From a virus (taxonomy: Duplodnaviria > Caudoviricetes), in the IMG/VR virus record IMGVR_UViG_3300035204_001410, positions 1 through 53,720 of that record: a DNA stretch of 53,720 bases; one strand, 5' to 3'. Shown here piece by piece: positions 1 through 9,861 of this stretch. The stretch's first letter is position 1, and every line of letters begins with the position of its first letter. The notes under the pieces are model-generated. The model did not search any database. It was not told where the DNA came from and was given only the letters and a program-made list of their open reading frames with translations. A program made the translations under genes and the position numbers.

Positions 1-95
1 GTTGTCGACGGGCCTATCGTTGTCGACGGGCCTATTGTTGTCGACGGGCCTATTGTTGTCGACGGGCCTATCGTTGTCGACGGGCCTATTGTTGT
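1..95 (-). repeat. 18-bp tandem repeat encoding GPSTTI (mucin-like)
   Basis: gttgtcgacgggcctat(c/t) about 5 times, with another copy near 165-185; coding within the fibre ORF. Confidence 0.9.
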
Positions 96-3000
96 CGTCG
101 AAGGAGGCATTGTTGGTCCCGGAGGTTGGGTTGTTGTTGGGGCGACGGATGTTACTGGACCTACTGTTGTCGACGGGCCTATTGTTGTTGTTGATGGTGG
201 CGCTGTTGTTGGTGGCGCTGTTGTTTGACCGGTTATATCTTCGAGCTCGATCACTCTCCAACAATCATTCCAATCTATGGAAGTTACTCCATTGGAAGTT
301 GACCCCGACATATTCCCGCGACTTGAATCATCGACTATCGTCGCTTTTATAGTCTTACCGGTTAAATCTCCAAACTTATGTTTAGCAGCAAGACATAGTG
401 AAGAGCCGGATGTATAGTAATCTGTCCCTCCCCATACACTTGGACCGGATAGCTCCGTACAGGCATCGCAAGTGAAAGTATACGAACAACCCACTGCCTC
501 TGGGTCTGCGCACGGGTCTGCAATTGGATGACATCCTGCACCGGTATCACTGTCAGAACATACCCCGCAGCCAGTACCCGGTGGGCATTCATCTATAGTA
601 ATGCTACAATCTATGTCTCCTAAGTCTTTCGGAGCTCCTTGAGCGTCACACGCAACTGTTGGGCTTACTGTTGTCGTTGTTGTTCCCGGAGGTGAAGTTG
701 TTATTGTCGTTGTTGTTCCCGGAGGTGAAGTTGTTATTGTCGTTGTTGTTCCCGGAGGTGAAGTTGTTATTGTCGTTGTTGTTCCCGGAGGTGAAGTTGT
801 TATTGTCGCTGTTGTTGTTGTTGTTGCTGTTGATGTCGTTGTTGTAAGGGGGGGTAAGGTTGTTCCTCCACCACAATTACAGTCGTTAAATAACTTGTCG
901 ACACAGTCATCTGGGCAAGCCAGACTGAATGTTCTTGAAGGATCATAACTCGCCGGTAGCGAAGAATGATGCTCAAGAACTAGGCCGCAATTGGCGGTCC
1001 CGATGCCCGGAATCTCAATATATTTCCCAACCATATTCGCGGGAGGACAATTACCCGGTGGGGAATACCCGCAATCTGATTGTATTTTTACCCATATTGC
1101 TTCGGGTGCATTAGCATTGCATTCATCTGGATGCTCACCTCCCCCGCCTCCTTCGCCTCCTTCTCCTCCTTCTCCAGCATGATAAGAGAAAGTGCGATTA
1201 TTTGCGGGGCCGGGAGTTGATGTTGTTGGTCCTACTGTCGGATCGGCTGAGTTTGGATCGCCTGTCGTTATCGCTATATGTTCTGTTGTCGTTGTACTCG
1301 CTGACGTTCCGTCTTCGCATGGGCAAACTAAATACCAATTATCTTCACATTCCTGCACTACCTCGGAATATGGGTAATACGGTAACTCCTTGATCATAAG
1401 GCCACCTCCTTCTACGCACGAACAACAGTCATCAAAAACCTCTTTAATGGGCTGGATGTTGTGTTGGGCCCATCGCTCAGTCCGATCATATTCAATATTA
1501 GTCAAACATAGACCGTCGCTCATGCGCGCTAGGCAACTCGGCATTGTAAGATTACCGCTCTCAATATCGTCGACAGAAGCATTGAGTAAATTAGACATAT
1601 CGGCTACGTAGAAATCCTCCACAATCTCACCCTCATAATTGACATCCACTATTCCGTCACAACGTTTTCCTTTAAGTATCGCAACAGGACACTCGGGGCA
1701 ATCGCCGCCGGGATCATTACAAGGAGGTAAGGACAGTGGGTGATAATAAATGCATCCACTACCGGGACATTTTGATTGGTCTAATAATTCATTAGCTTTA
1801 GTAAGTCTTATAGCCGGGCGATACCTTACTCCGGCATCGGCAACATCTTTCTTGCATTGAGTCTCCGCTTTTTTAAGCGGACCACCTGAAGCGTTCGTCG
1901 CTTGAACCCATGCACCTGCCGCACCTGCCGAACCTCCGCCAGCTGCAAATGGATTTTCGCCCGGTATCCAATAATACGTCTGGTTATTCCAAGTCGTTTC
2001 ACATTCTATGCATCGTTTTTCATTGCCTGTTACAATCCCAGTAGGCGTGGCATCACTACAGTTATAAATTGGTTTATGCTTGGGTACTGAATCTGGAGGA
2101 CTCCCCCAGTTATTGACGCCAAGCCAGTTCCCGTTTCTGTCCCTGTATCTTGTAGAAACTCCAACTGGTGGATCTATTCCAATGTCTATATAACCGCTGC
2201 TCAATCCGGTCCCCATTGTGTGTGTTATACTTTTTACTGTATGCGTATATTTACCGCCGCTTTCCGGTACCCCCGTTCCACAAACGCCTCGATTTATTCC
2301 GTATTCATCAATACAGTAACCACCTTGACAAGTCCCAAGTAAACAATTTCTCCTTCCCACAATTTTCGAAATAAGAGAGTAGTGTATACAGTCACCCACT
2401 TTTAAGAGCGATAATCCATCATTTGCCCCGGGCTTATTTTTCTTAGTTGCGTCATCACAAGAAGCAATACCCGGCCCGCAATCGCGTCCTCCACCTAGAG
2501 CTGAAGTCATGTATACTCGTAAATAATCCTGTCCACCCATGTTTTCCCACGTTGTGCTGGCCCAATTCTGATCTCCATTTTCGCACTGACATTGCGTTGG
2601 TAATCCGCCGAATCCTCCACCGCTACTGGGGGGGGCGCCATGAGTACTCCAGAAAGCTGATGTACATCTTGATAATATTTTTGGAAATGGTCCAGCTGCA
2701 CCCGGGAGGCCTTGCTTGTAAATTGGTAAATTGCATTGATTATCAAAATATTCTTTTGTGGTATTTCTTCCTTTACCATTTTCAGATTTAAAAGGATCAG
2801 TAGTGTCATTTCCTAGCGAGTCTCCAAAGGGTCCTAACTCTAAACTTTCTTGTCCTTCCGGAGCAAAGCCTTTATGCCAATATTTTTTATGTTTATTAGG
2901 ATGACTAGCATCATGAGCCGGGAGAAGGCCTAATTCCCATCTGGGATCAACACTTCCTGAGCTATTAGAAAATTCTACATATACCTGTGGCATAGTTGAA

Positions 3001-6000
3001 TCTCCAGAGCTACCAACTAAACCAATCAACTCTCCTTTTGAAACTTTTCCGAGGCAATTACCATTTGCTGAACGTTTCTTAAGGTGATCTGGTATACTAT
3101 TCTGACGAAGGTGCGAATATAAAGCGTATTTAACTTTTAAATCAGTAGAATAATGTTTTACGACTATATAGTTTGAGAATCCACTGCATCTATTTTGCGT
3201 ACCACCTACGGTATTTTTTCCATGTATAATATGATCTGGGAATCTTGAGTCACACTGATCTGGTTCAAGATCATGGAACCTCACGATTTCACCGTCTGCC
3301 GCAGAAACTACTTGATAAGGCTCGTTTTCGCTTGCTTCGATATCTTCTTGGGTAACTCTGCTCCAGCTGTCATTCGAACAAACATCGCTTTGGATAGCGT
3401 TCTCTGGAGGCGTATCCGGATCCCCCCCAATCGGATTAACCCAAGAATCGCATCGACAAACATCTATTGAATAATACCATTCGTTTGAGTCTTTAAATTC
3501 ACTCAGTCCCAACTCGTACGCTGAATGCGTATTGCCGATCGCCCCGTGGCTGCTACCTATGTCTGACTGAGGAATATAATAATTCACTCCGGGCTTGTTT
3601 TCACAACGCTCTGGGTTTGTTTCACAATCCCAAGTTTCTTCGGTCACAACGCCAAGCCACTGAGATGTAGGCACTTGATAATCTATGCCAGACCTAGGCC
3701 ACTTATCTTTATCCCAATCTGAAGAAAAATAAAAGTTCGCAGCGCCATCTAAGGCATCATGAAAACGTGAATAAGGTTTGCTATCTGAATCAGTACCTAA
3801 AGTTACTGCGTTCTCTGAGCAACTGGGATCAAGTGATTCATGACAATTTGTTTCGCAATCGAGGCATCTAGTACACTCTGTTTTGTCAGAATTAAATATA
3901 TACAGCCATGGGAATCGATCGCAATGACGTTTCTTATTAACTTTGAGGGCATTTGGCTTCCATCGGAAAACTGTCGGCTTGTCTCCCGCCATTTCTTCCT
4001 CACTGATTCCATCTGAAGTCGGATTTACGCTTATTCCATTATAAGTGCTTCCATCATCGTTTAAATAACTATCTGATGGGTTACCGTACCAATTTGGATA
4101 AGGCATTTGCATTTTTGCTTTTGGTCCAGCATCATTATCGGTTTTGGGATCTTTTATAAACCAACCCAATTTTTGTTCTCCTGACTGCGCTTCAGTTTCT
4201 TCAGAAAAATCATCGATTTCGTCACAACAATTACCTGTTTCTAATATACATGTCCGCATATCTTCAGTTATTGTAAGTTTTCCTTCGTGATCTCTGTCTG
4301 GCGTAATTAAGTCTTGACATGCATGATCAACGTGTTTTAGCTCATTTATCGGAACTCCATTATCCCCAACTTTTTCAACACGACAATCGTTAAGGAAGAG
4401 CATGTAATGATTTGCTAATCCCCATCCGCCATACACCTCACCAAGCTCTGATGAAATGTTTAAATTTTTCAAAAGACTCATGCATGATTGTCCGTATAAT
4501 CCGGTGAAGACATGTGGTTCATATTTATCTGCACCTTTACCAGTAGCATTGTCATAACTTTTCCAAACTGTCGAGCTCCTTTCGTCCTCATTACTTACTG
4601 TTGAAATATCTACAGTGAGTATTACTGCGTCTTCTCCCGTGGGTTTTTTGATTAACGTATTTACTCCTCCGCCACCACAACAGGCGCATTTTGTCCACCC
4701 ATTTAACGACACAATGCCGGGATCACCATACGCAAGACCGTGATCTGGAGATGTTCCTTTATAAGTATTGTTTACTTTATCTTCATCGGTTACGACGTAA
4801 CATCTTTTCGGATAGTCGGGTCCGGCTCCACCCCAGTCTGCCCCGGGAGGTCCGGGATTAGTCCATACCACATCTCCCAAGTTATAAGTTTTACTGTTCG
4901 ACCATTTCGAACTAGCTTCGCAACAGCTTCCGGAGATTTCTCCAAATTGCCCACATTTTCCTTTGTTTAATGGTAAGCTGCTGTGAGATTGGTCGGCCCA
5001 TATTGCAAATTTTTTATTTGGATGATTTTTTATTTCTTCTTCTATGGAGTTAGCAAAATATTCGTTAGAATGCATCCCATTTTGATCTGCACACCACATT
5101 TCGTGGCCTGCAGCTCTTTCGTTCATATCTGGACGGGCGAAGCGTTGGGGGCAATCAATGGAAACCACTTTGATTCCTGCAACAAGACATGTCTCTATGA
5201 CTTTCATTATTGCAACAGGATAAAGTGGCCCTAAGTCATTCCACTCTTCTTCGTTTGACCAGTGAGGATCAATCCGACTGAAATCGATATTTGATTTAAT
5301 CTCTTTATATAAGTCGCACCAGACTTTCTCACCCCATCTGTAATCAGAGCTTTCGGTGTAAGCACGAAGCGCTTTAGAGTCTTTGGGTAAAAAGCCTAAA
5401 AATAAAATACCATTAGATATAATTTCTGGTAAAATCTTTTCTAACAAATTAGCCACAGAAAAAATGTGTACAGGTGGGCGAATACTATCCGCTGACCTAA
5501 CAAAGCTATCACCAATAAAAATTCCATCACCTATTTCAATTTCATTTTTAAATTTATTTATAATAGAGAGATGAGTTTCTCCTTGATTATGTAGATAGTT
5601 ACAAGGTACTTTTTGCCAAATTATGTCTTCGGGGCTATTTTTTTCAAAGCTTCCGTTCGGAGGTGTCCTTAGATTTTTTTTCCATTTTGTATCTGATGCT
5701 CCGGGATGCTTAAGAGTTTCAGCTCCCTTGTCGGTAAGCATGTAACAAGCTCCTTCAAAAGAAACAATTGCGTTAGTATTCCAATTAAATTTTTTATTTT
5801 TGTTATCCCAATGAGCTGCTCTAGTATCTATAAAATCTTGAATAAGGTGAAGATTTCCATCATTGCTCCACAGGTCTGGACTGAGATCTAAATTGTTTTG
5901 CCATTCTTGAACAGGGGACCCACCAGACAAAACTTGTACTAATGTGTTTGCGTCATGATCGTATCTTAATGCGCTGTTTAATGAAACGCTGCCTTTAATT

Positions 6001-8939
6001 TCGGTATTTTTTTCTGAAAATAATAGTTTATCACCAGAAATGTCTTCCCCATTTTTTTCTATTGTTTGAATAACTTTAAGTTCTTGATTTGGCCCCTTAG
6101 GATCTATAATGATAACGTCTTCCTCCTTTAAGTTAGTAACGTTTTTCAATAATAAAACCTTATTTCCCGAAGTGATTGGGTTGGATAATGAACTGCGGAA
6201 ACAGGATTTTCCTAACTTATTACCTGTGTCAGAAGTGGGAGTAGTTTCTGTGGAAACAGACGTAGCTTTGTCATCTATATTTTCTCCCCATATTAATTCA
6301 TGACAAGCACTACAACCCCTTACCCCGACGTACCCTCTAAGACCTTGATATCCTAAACCCGCACCTTGATATCCTTGAACTCCTATACCACCTTGATACC
6401 CTTGATAACCTTGATAACCTTGATAACCTTTTCCTCCGTCTACACCTATAACACCATCTTCACCAGCTGCGCCAGCTGCGCCTTGATACCCTTGAACTCC
6501 TAGGCCACCCAAACCACCTTGATAGCCTTGATAACCTAACCCCTGATACCCTCGAATTCCTTGGTATCCTTGATATCCTTGATATCCTCTAAAGCCCAAA
6601 CTTCCTTGATAACCTTGATATCCTTTAGAACCCAAATCTCCTTGATATCCTTGATATCCTCTAAAGCCCAAACTTCCTTGATAACCTTGATATCCTTTAG
6701 AACCCAAATCTCCTTGATGGCCTTGATGACCTTGGAAACCCGGGTAACCTCTATCGCCTTGATAACCTTGATACCCTAAATCTCCTTGAGCTCCTTGAAA
6801 ACCCGGATAACCCCTGTCGCCTTGATAACCTTGAATACCTTGATAACCCTGATATCCTTGATAACCAAAAGCGCCCCAAGAGCCAGCTAAGCCTTGCGCG
6901 CCTATTTGTCCTTGATATCCTTGATAACCTTTTTCTCCGTCTATACCTATAGTTCCTTGTAGTCCTTGATAACCTTGAGCACCCGCATCACCTTGATCAC
7001 CTTTCTGTCCAATACTGATCAAATGACCTTCAAAGACTGAGTTAGTAGCTATCCACCCGCTATTACCCGTTTCATTATCTAATTGAAACCAAACTGAAAA
7101 ATCGTCATCACTACCATTGGCGTCTGCTATACCTTCTACTTCTACCGGCATTGGAGAAGTATTCGCTCCACCTTCAAATGTCTTTTCAGCAACGATTGTG
7201 CCTGACCCGTTGACGTCAGGATTTTTGACAATTTTCACTGTCATTCTTCGTTCGATGCCGTTGCTATTATCCCAGATTACGTTTAAGCCAACTATCAATG
7301 CGTGAAAATGATATTTACCAGCAGTACTTGGAGTAAACGTATTAGAAGAGTAGTCTCCTGATGTTGTGTCAAAAACTACGTCATCAAATTCTGCTTTAAC
7401 TAAGCTAGTTTTCCATGCGTAATTAGGAGATGAAGCAGATGATGGGTTAGCTTTAAACGCTGCTGTAGGTCCACCTTCCCCTTGTTGACCTTGGTAACCT
7501 TGATAACCCTTTTCGCCACTAATGCCTACGTCTCCTTGAAATCCTTGGTGACCCTCTCCTTGAAAACCTTGATACCCTTGATAACCCTTTTCACCATCAG
7601 CACCTATGTCTCCTTGAAATCCTTGATGACCTACTAACCCTTGATAACCTTGATGCCCTTGATGACCTTGAACCCCTTGAAAACCTTGATACCCCTGATA
7701 ACCCTTTTCGCCACCAGCGCCTATGTCTCCTTGAAATCCTTGATGACCTTCTCCTTGATGACCTTGAGGGCCTACATCTCCTTGGGAACCCGTTTGACCT
7801 TGATAACCTTGATAACCTAAAGCACCCCAAGAGCCAGCTAATCCTTGATGACCTTGATACCCTTGATGACCTGCTCCTTGATATCCTTGATAACCTTTTT
7901 CTCCGTCTACACCTATGATGCCATCTGCACCAGCTAAACCTTGGGGACCTATTTGTCCTTGATAACCTTGATACCCTAAACCTTGATATCCTCGAATACC
8001 TTGGGGACCTATTTGTCCTTGATAACCTTGATATCCTAATCCCTGAGAACCTTGGTCACCTGTTTTTGAAAATTGAAAAACTAATAAATCGTTTACTACG
8101 AAAGGATCATAAATAGTGCTTCCTTGTCCGGGGGGAGGATCAGATTTTTCTACGAATTCGACAGCTATAGAATCAAATGTACCACCACCGCCAATCCCGG
8201 CCTCATCTACTAAAGGACCTACAATGCTATATATGACATATTCAGATTCATCAAATTTTTTCTTTAAAGTTATATAGCCATAATTACCTGTAGGATTATT
8301 AGTGTTATCAAGAGTCGATTTCCATCCTGTTATGTCATTTCCAAAATAATCTTTGTCGTCAATATATATTTTTGTTGTATCGTCTGGCATTAGCGCATTA
8401 AACCAAAGACCACCATCACCTATCTCCTCAACGTTGTTAATGCCGTCTTGAAATTCAAATTGTATTCCTGCGGTACCTACTGTTCCTTGATACCCTTGAG
8501 CCCCCATTCCTTGATACCCTTGATATCCTCGGTCTACTGCTGCGCCAGTTAATCCTTGATACCCTTGCGGTCCTTCTATTCCTTGGAATCCTTGATGCCC
8601 CGCACCTTCTGCTCCTTGATGTCCTTGATAACCTATACCAGCCCACGCGCCATCTAATCCTTGATATCCTCTAGAACCTTGAACACCTATTCCACCATCT
8701 ACGCCATCAGCACCTTGATGACCTTGATACCCTTGATATCCTATGCCAACCCATGCGCCATCTAATCCTTGATATCCTTGGTATCCTTCTCCGTCGGATC
8801 CTTGAAAACCTTGGAAGCCGTGATCACCTTTTTGCCCTTGATGACCCTGATAGCCTTGAGAACCTTGAGCGCCACTACCCCCACTGCCACCGGATCCTCC
8901 GATAACACCGCCGCCTCCGCCTGTTACAATAACACCCAT
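1..8939 (-). CDS. Giant collagen-like tail/head fibre protein (>2979 aa, C-terminus beyond window start)
   Basis: ATG at 8939 (MGVIVTGGGGG...GAQGSQGYQGHQG). The same frame reads GPSTTI repeats at the window edge, and all segments I translated are open. The track reports no ORF in this frame, as expected if there is no stop before position 1. Contains G-X-Y tracts, C1q-like, CBM-like, TIKI-like, M23-like, Cys-rich and Thr-rich parts. Confidence 0.88.
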   Translation of the reverse strand, partial: MGVIVTGGGGGVIGGSGGSGGSGAQGSQGYQGHQGQKGDHGFQGFQGSDGEGYQGYQGLDGAWVGIGYQGYQGHQGADGVDGGIGVQGSRGYQGLDGAWAGIGYQGHQGAEGAGHQGFQGIEGPQGYQGLTGAAVDRGYQGYQGMGAQGYQGTVGTAGIQFEFQDGINNVEEIGDGGLWFNALMPDDTTKIYIDDKDYFGNDITGWKSTLDNTNNPTGNYGYITLKKKFDESEYVIYSIVGPLVDEAGIGGGGTFDSIAVEFVEKSDPPPGQGSTIYDPFVVNDLLVFQFSKTGDQGSQGLGYQGYQGQIGPQGIRGYQGLGYQGYQGQIGPQGLAGADGIIGVDGEKGYQGYQGAGHQGYQGHQGLAGSWGALGYQGYQGQTGSQGDVGPQGHQGEGHQGFQGDIGAGGEKGYQGYQGFQGVQGHQGHQGYQGLVGHQGFQGDIGADGEKGYQGYQGFQGEGHQGFQGDVGISGEKGYQGYQGQQGEGGPTAAFKANPSSASSPNYAWKTSLVKAEFDDVVFDTTSGDYSSNTFTPSTAGKYHFHALIVGLNVIWDNSNGIERRMTVKIVKNPDVNGSGTIVAEKTFEGGANTSPMPVEVEGIADANGSDDDFSVWFQLDNETGNSGWIATNSVFEGHLISIGQKGDQGDAGAQGYQGLQGTIGIDGEKGYQGYQGQIGAQGLAGSWGAFGYQGYQGYQGIQGYQGDRGYPGFQGAQGDLGYQGYQGDRGYPGFQGHQGHQGDLGSKGYQGYQGSLGFRGYQGYQGDLGSKGYQGYQGSLGFRGYQGYQGYQGIRGYQGLGYQGYQGGLGGLGVQGYQGAAGAAGEDGVIGVDGGKGYQGYQGYQGYQGGIGVQGYQGAGLGYQGLRGYVGVRGCSACHELIWGENIDDKATSVSTETTPTSDTGNKLGKSCFRSSLSNPITSGNKVLLLKNVTNLKEEDVIIIDPKGPNQELKVIQTIEKNGEDISGDKLLFSEKNTEIKGSVSLNSALRYDHDANTLVQVLSGGSPVQEWQNNLDLSPDLWSNDGNLHLIQDFIDTRAAHWDNKNKKFNWNTNAIVSFEGACYMLTDKGAETLKHPGASDTKWKKNLRTPPNGSFEKNSPEDIIWQKVPCNYLHNQGETHLSIINKFKNEIEIGDGIFIGDSFVRSADSIRPPVHIFSVANLLEKILPEIISNGILFLGFLPKDSKALRAYTESSDYRWGEKVWCDLYKEIKSNIDFSRIDPHWSNEEEWNDLGPLYPVAIMKVIETCLVAGIKVVSIDCPQRFARPDMNERAAGHEMWCADQNGMHSNEYFANSIEEEIKNHPNKKFAIWADQSHSSLPLNKGKCGQFGEISGSCCEASSKWSNSKTYNLGDVVWTNPGPPGADWGGAGPDYPKRCYVVTDEDKVNNTYKGTSPDHGLAYGDPGIVSLNGWTKCACCGGGGVNTLIKKPTGEDAVILTVDISTVSNEDERSSTVWKSYDNATGKGADKYEPHVFTGLYGQSCMSLLKNLNISSELGEVYGGWGLANHYMLFLNDCRVEKVGDNGVPINELKHVDHACQDLITPDRDHEGKLTITEDMRTCILETGNCCDEIDDFSEETEAQSGEQKLGWFIKDPKTDNDAGPKAKMQMPYPNWYGNPSDSYLNDDGSTYNGISVNPTSDGISEEEMAGDKPTVFRWKPNALKVNKKRHCDRFPWLYIFNSDKTECTRCLDCETNCHESLDPSCSENAVTLGTDSDSKPYSRFHDALDGAANFYFSSDWDKDKWPRSGIDYQVPTSQWLGVVTEETWDCETNPERCENKPGVNYYIPQSDIGSSHGAIGNTHSAYELGLSEFKDSNEWYYSIDVCRCDSWVNPIGGDPDTPPENAIQSDVCSNDSWSRVTQEDIEASENEPYQVVSAADGEIVRFHDLEPDQCDSRFPDHIIHGKNTVGGTQNRCSGFSNYIVVKHYSTDLKVKYALYSHLRQNSIPDHLKKRSANGNCLGKVSKGELIGLVGSSGDSTMPQVYVEFSNSSGSVDPRWELGLLPAHDASHPNKHKKYWHKGFAPEGQESLELGPFGDSLGNDTTDPFKSENGKGRNTTKEYFDNQCNLPIYKQGLPGAAGPFPKILSRCTSAFWSTHGAPPSSGGGFGGLPTQCQCENGDQNWASTTWENMGGQDYLRVYMTSALGGGRDCGPGIASCDDATKKNKPGANDGLSLLKVGDCIHYSLISKIVGRRNCLLGTCQGGYCIDEYGINRGVCGTGVPESGGKYTHTVKSITHTMGTGLSSGYIDIGIDPPVGVSTRYRDRNGNWLGVNNWGSPPDSVPKHKPIYNCSDATPTGIVTGNEKRCIECETTWNNQTYYWIPGENPFAAGGGSAGAAGAWVQATNASGGPLKKAETQCKKDVADAGVRYRPAIRLTKANELLDQSKCPGSGCIYYHPLSLPPCNDPGGDCPECPVAILKGKRCDGIVDVNYEGEIVEDFYVADMSNLLNASVDDIESGNLTMPSCLARMSDGLCLTNIEYDRTERWAQHNIQPIKEVFDDCCSCVEGGGLMIKELPYYPYSEVVQECEDNWYLVCPCEDGTSASTTTTEHIAITTGDPNSADPTVGPTTSTPGPANNRTFSYHAGEGGEGGEGGGGGEHPDECNANAPEAIWVKIQSDCGYSPPGNCPPANMVGKYIEIPGIGTANCGLVLEHHSSLPASYDPSRTFSLACPDDCVDKLFNDCNCGGGTTLPPLTTTTSTATTTTTATITTSPPGTTTTITTSPPGTTTTITTSPPGTTTTITTSPPGTTTTTVSPTVACDAQGAPKDLGDIDCSITIDECPPGTGCGVCSDSDTGAGCHPIADPCADPEAVGCSYTFTCDACTELSGPSVWGGTDYYTSGSSLCLAAKHKFGDLTGKTIKATIVDDSSRGNMSGSTSNGVTSIDWNDCWRVIELEDITGQTTAPPTTAPPSTTTIGPSTTVGPVTSVAPTTTQPPGPTMPPSTTTIGPSTTIGPSTTIGPSTTIGPSTTIGPST
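672..810 (-). repeat. 33-bp tandem repeat encoding TTSPPGTTTTI
   Basis: ttgttcccggaggtgaagttgttattgtcg(t/c)tg 4 times; coding within the fibre ORF. Confidence 0.9.
6320..8880 (-). repeat. Collagen-like G-Y-Q/G-H-Q/G-F-Q tracts (about 6320-7010, 7480-8060, 8470-8880)
   Basis: Dense 9-bp ccttgata(a/t/c) periodicity; ~72-bp duplication near 6576-6720; recurring GVDGEKGYQGYQG blocks. Confidence 0.92.
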
Positions 8940-8948
8940 TTCTTAGAA

Positions 8949-9293
8949 TTAAGTAGTGACCTCTGGATTAATTATGAACTTACCCATTAAAATTTTCTCT
9001 ACTTGTTCTGCGTCAGTTAATGAATATTTTTCAATATCATAAACCGCTTCCGTTACAGGTAAGTCTTCTGAAAAACTTGGAAGTATGATAATTTTAACAA
9101 TCCCCCCTGTTGCGTTAATAATTTGGGGAGCGAAAGTAATTAACGTAGTCTCGTCTGAATATCTGTTTTTAACAGCTCCCCTAATTCCATAGCCAGTAAG
9201 GTCTTGCGGATTGTTAAAATCATCCGTAAGTGCTATTTGAATTTCGAAAAGGGATCCTTTTGTAAGTGGCAGATCAACGACTACAGCGCTCAT
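8949..9293 (-). CDS. Small Ig-like/BppU-N-like virion (fibre adaptor) protein
   Basis: DLTGY...YDIE...ILMGKFIINPEVT pattern typical of phage fibre-associated proteins; directly upstream of the fibre gene. Confidence 0.55.
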   Translation of the reverse strand: MSAVVVDLPLTKGSLFEIQIALTDDFNNPQDLTGYGIRGAVKNRYSDETTLITFAPQIINATGGIVKIIILPSFSEDLPVTEAVYDIEKYSLTDAEQVEKILMGKFIINPEVTT

Positions 9294-9354
9294 ACCACTT
9301 ATTACAGTTAATTAATAAAAATTAACTACAAAAAATGTTTTTTTATGAAATAAT

Positions 9355-9759
9355 TTATCTGCCCTCAGATAGTATTCTGGTGGCACTTTTTGAGATGTTT
9401 GGAGGAGGCTTAATTGAAGAAGCCGGCTTTTGAAATCCAGAGACATACTTCTTATATTCAGACATTAATACTTTAATTAATCTTGTCCTGTCTTGGATTG
9501 GAATTAGTCCGTGCATATGGGCATGAGCTTGCAAATCAGTTGTGTTCATTTCGCTGATTTTAGTTAAATATTGCTCTTCATTGATGTTTCCGTATTTAGT
9601 ATTTGCGGATTCACCCCATACTTGGTCTAGTGTTGAGGGTTGAAAATTCTCTTCTTTCGCGTGCGTTTGGGTCATTTCTTTAGTTTTCTTCTTGGAAGCT
9701 TTAGCCTTTTTCGCTGTTTTCTTAGCTGTTTTCTTGCTGGATGTCTTTTTCTTAGGCAT
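9355..9759 (-). CDS. Hypothetical protein with Lys-rich N-terminus
   Basis: Start moved to MPKKKTSSKK because the longer ORF runs through the capsid terminator; TTGTTA-17-TAGAAT lies 5 nt before this ATG. Confidence 0.75.
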   Translation of the reverse strand: MPKKKTSSKKTAKKTAKKAKASKKKTKEMTQTHAKEENFQPSTLDQVWGESANTKYGNINEEQYLTKISEMNTTDLQAHAHMHGLIPIQDRTRLIKVLMSEYKKYVSGFQKPASSIKPPPNISKSATRILSEGR

Positions 9760-9804
9760 GTCGTATTCTAAATCTAATCTACCAAAATAACAAGAAAAAT
9801 AAAT

Positions 9805-9835
9805 AAAAAAAAACCCGCTGGGCGAACCCAGCGGG
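9805..9835 (-). terminator. Rho-independent terminator after the major capsid gene
   Basis: Minus strand CCCGCTGGG-TTCG-CCCAGCGGG followed by T9. Confidence 0.92.
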
Positions 9836-9861
9836 GTGAATTTCATAAACTACAGTAATCT

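Noticed and set aside
1-850. 18-bp and 33-bp repeats as a CRISPR array; Leu-rich plus-strand ORFs 2-352 and 659-847
   Set aside because: Tandem repeats without spacers, with lengths divisible by 3, encoding Thr/Pro repeats on the minus strand. The plus ORFs are shadows.
1-8940. Apparent 9-kb gene desert suggesting stop-codon recoding or a pseudogene
   Set aside because: One minus-strand frame is open from ATG 8939 to the window edge under the standard code. It is missing from the track only because its stop is outside the window, and other genes use all three stops normally.
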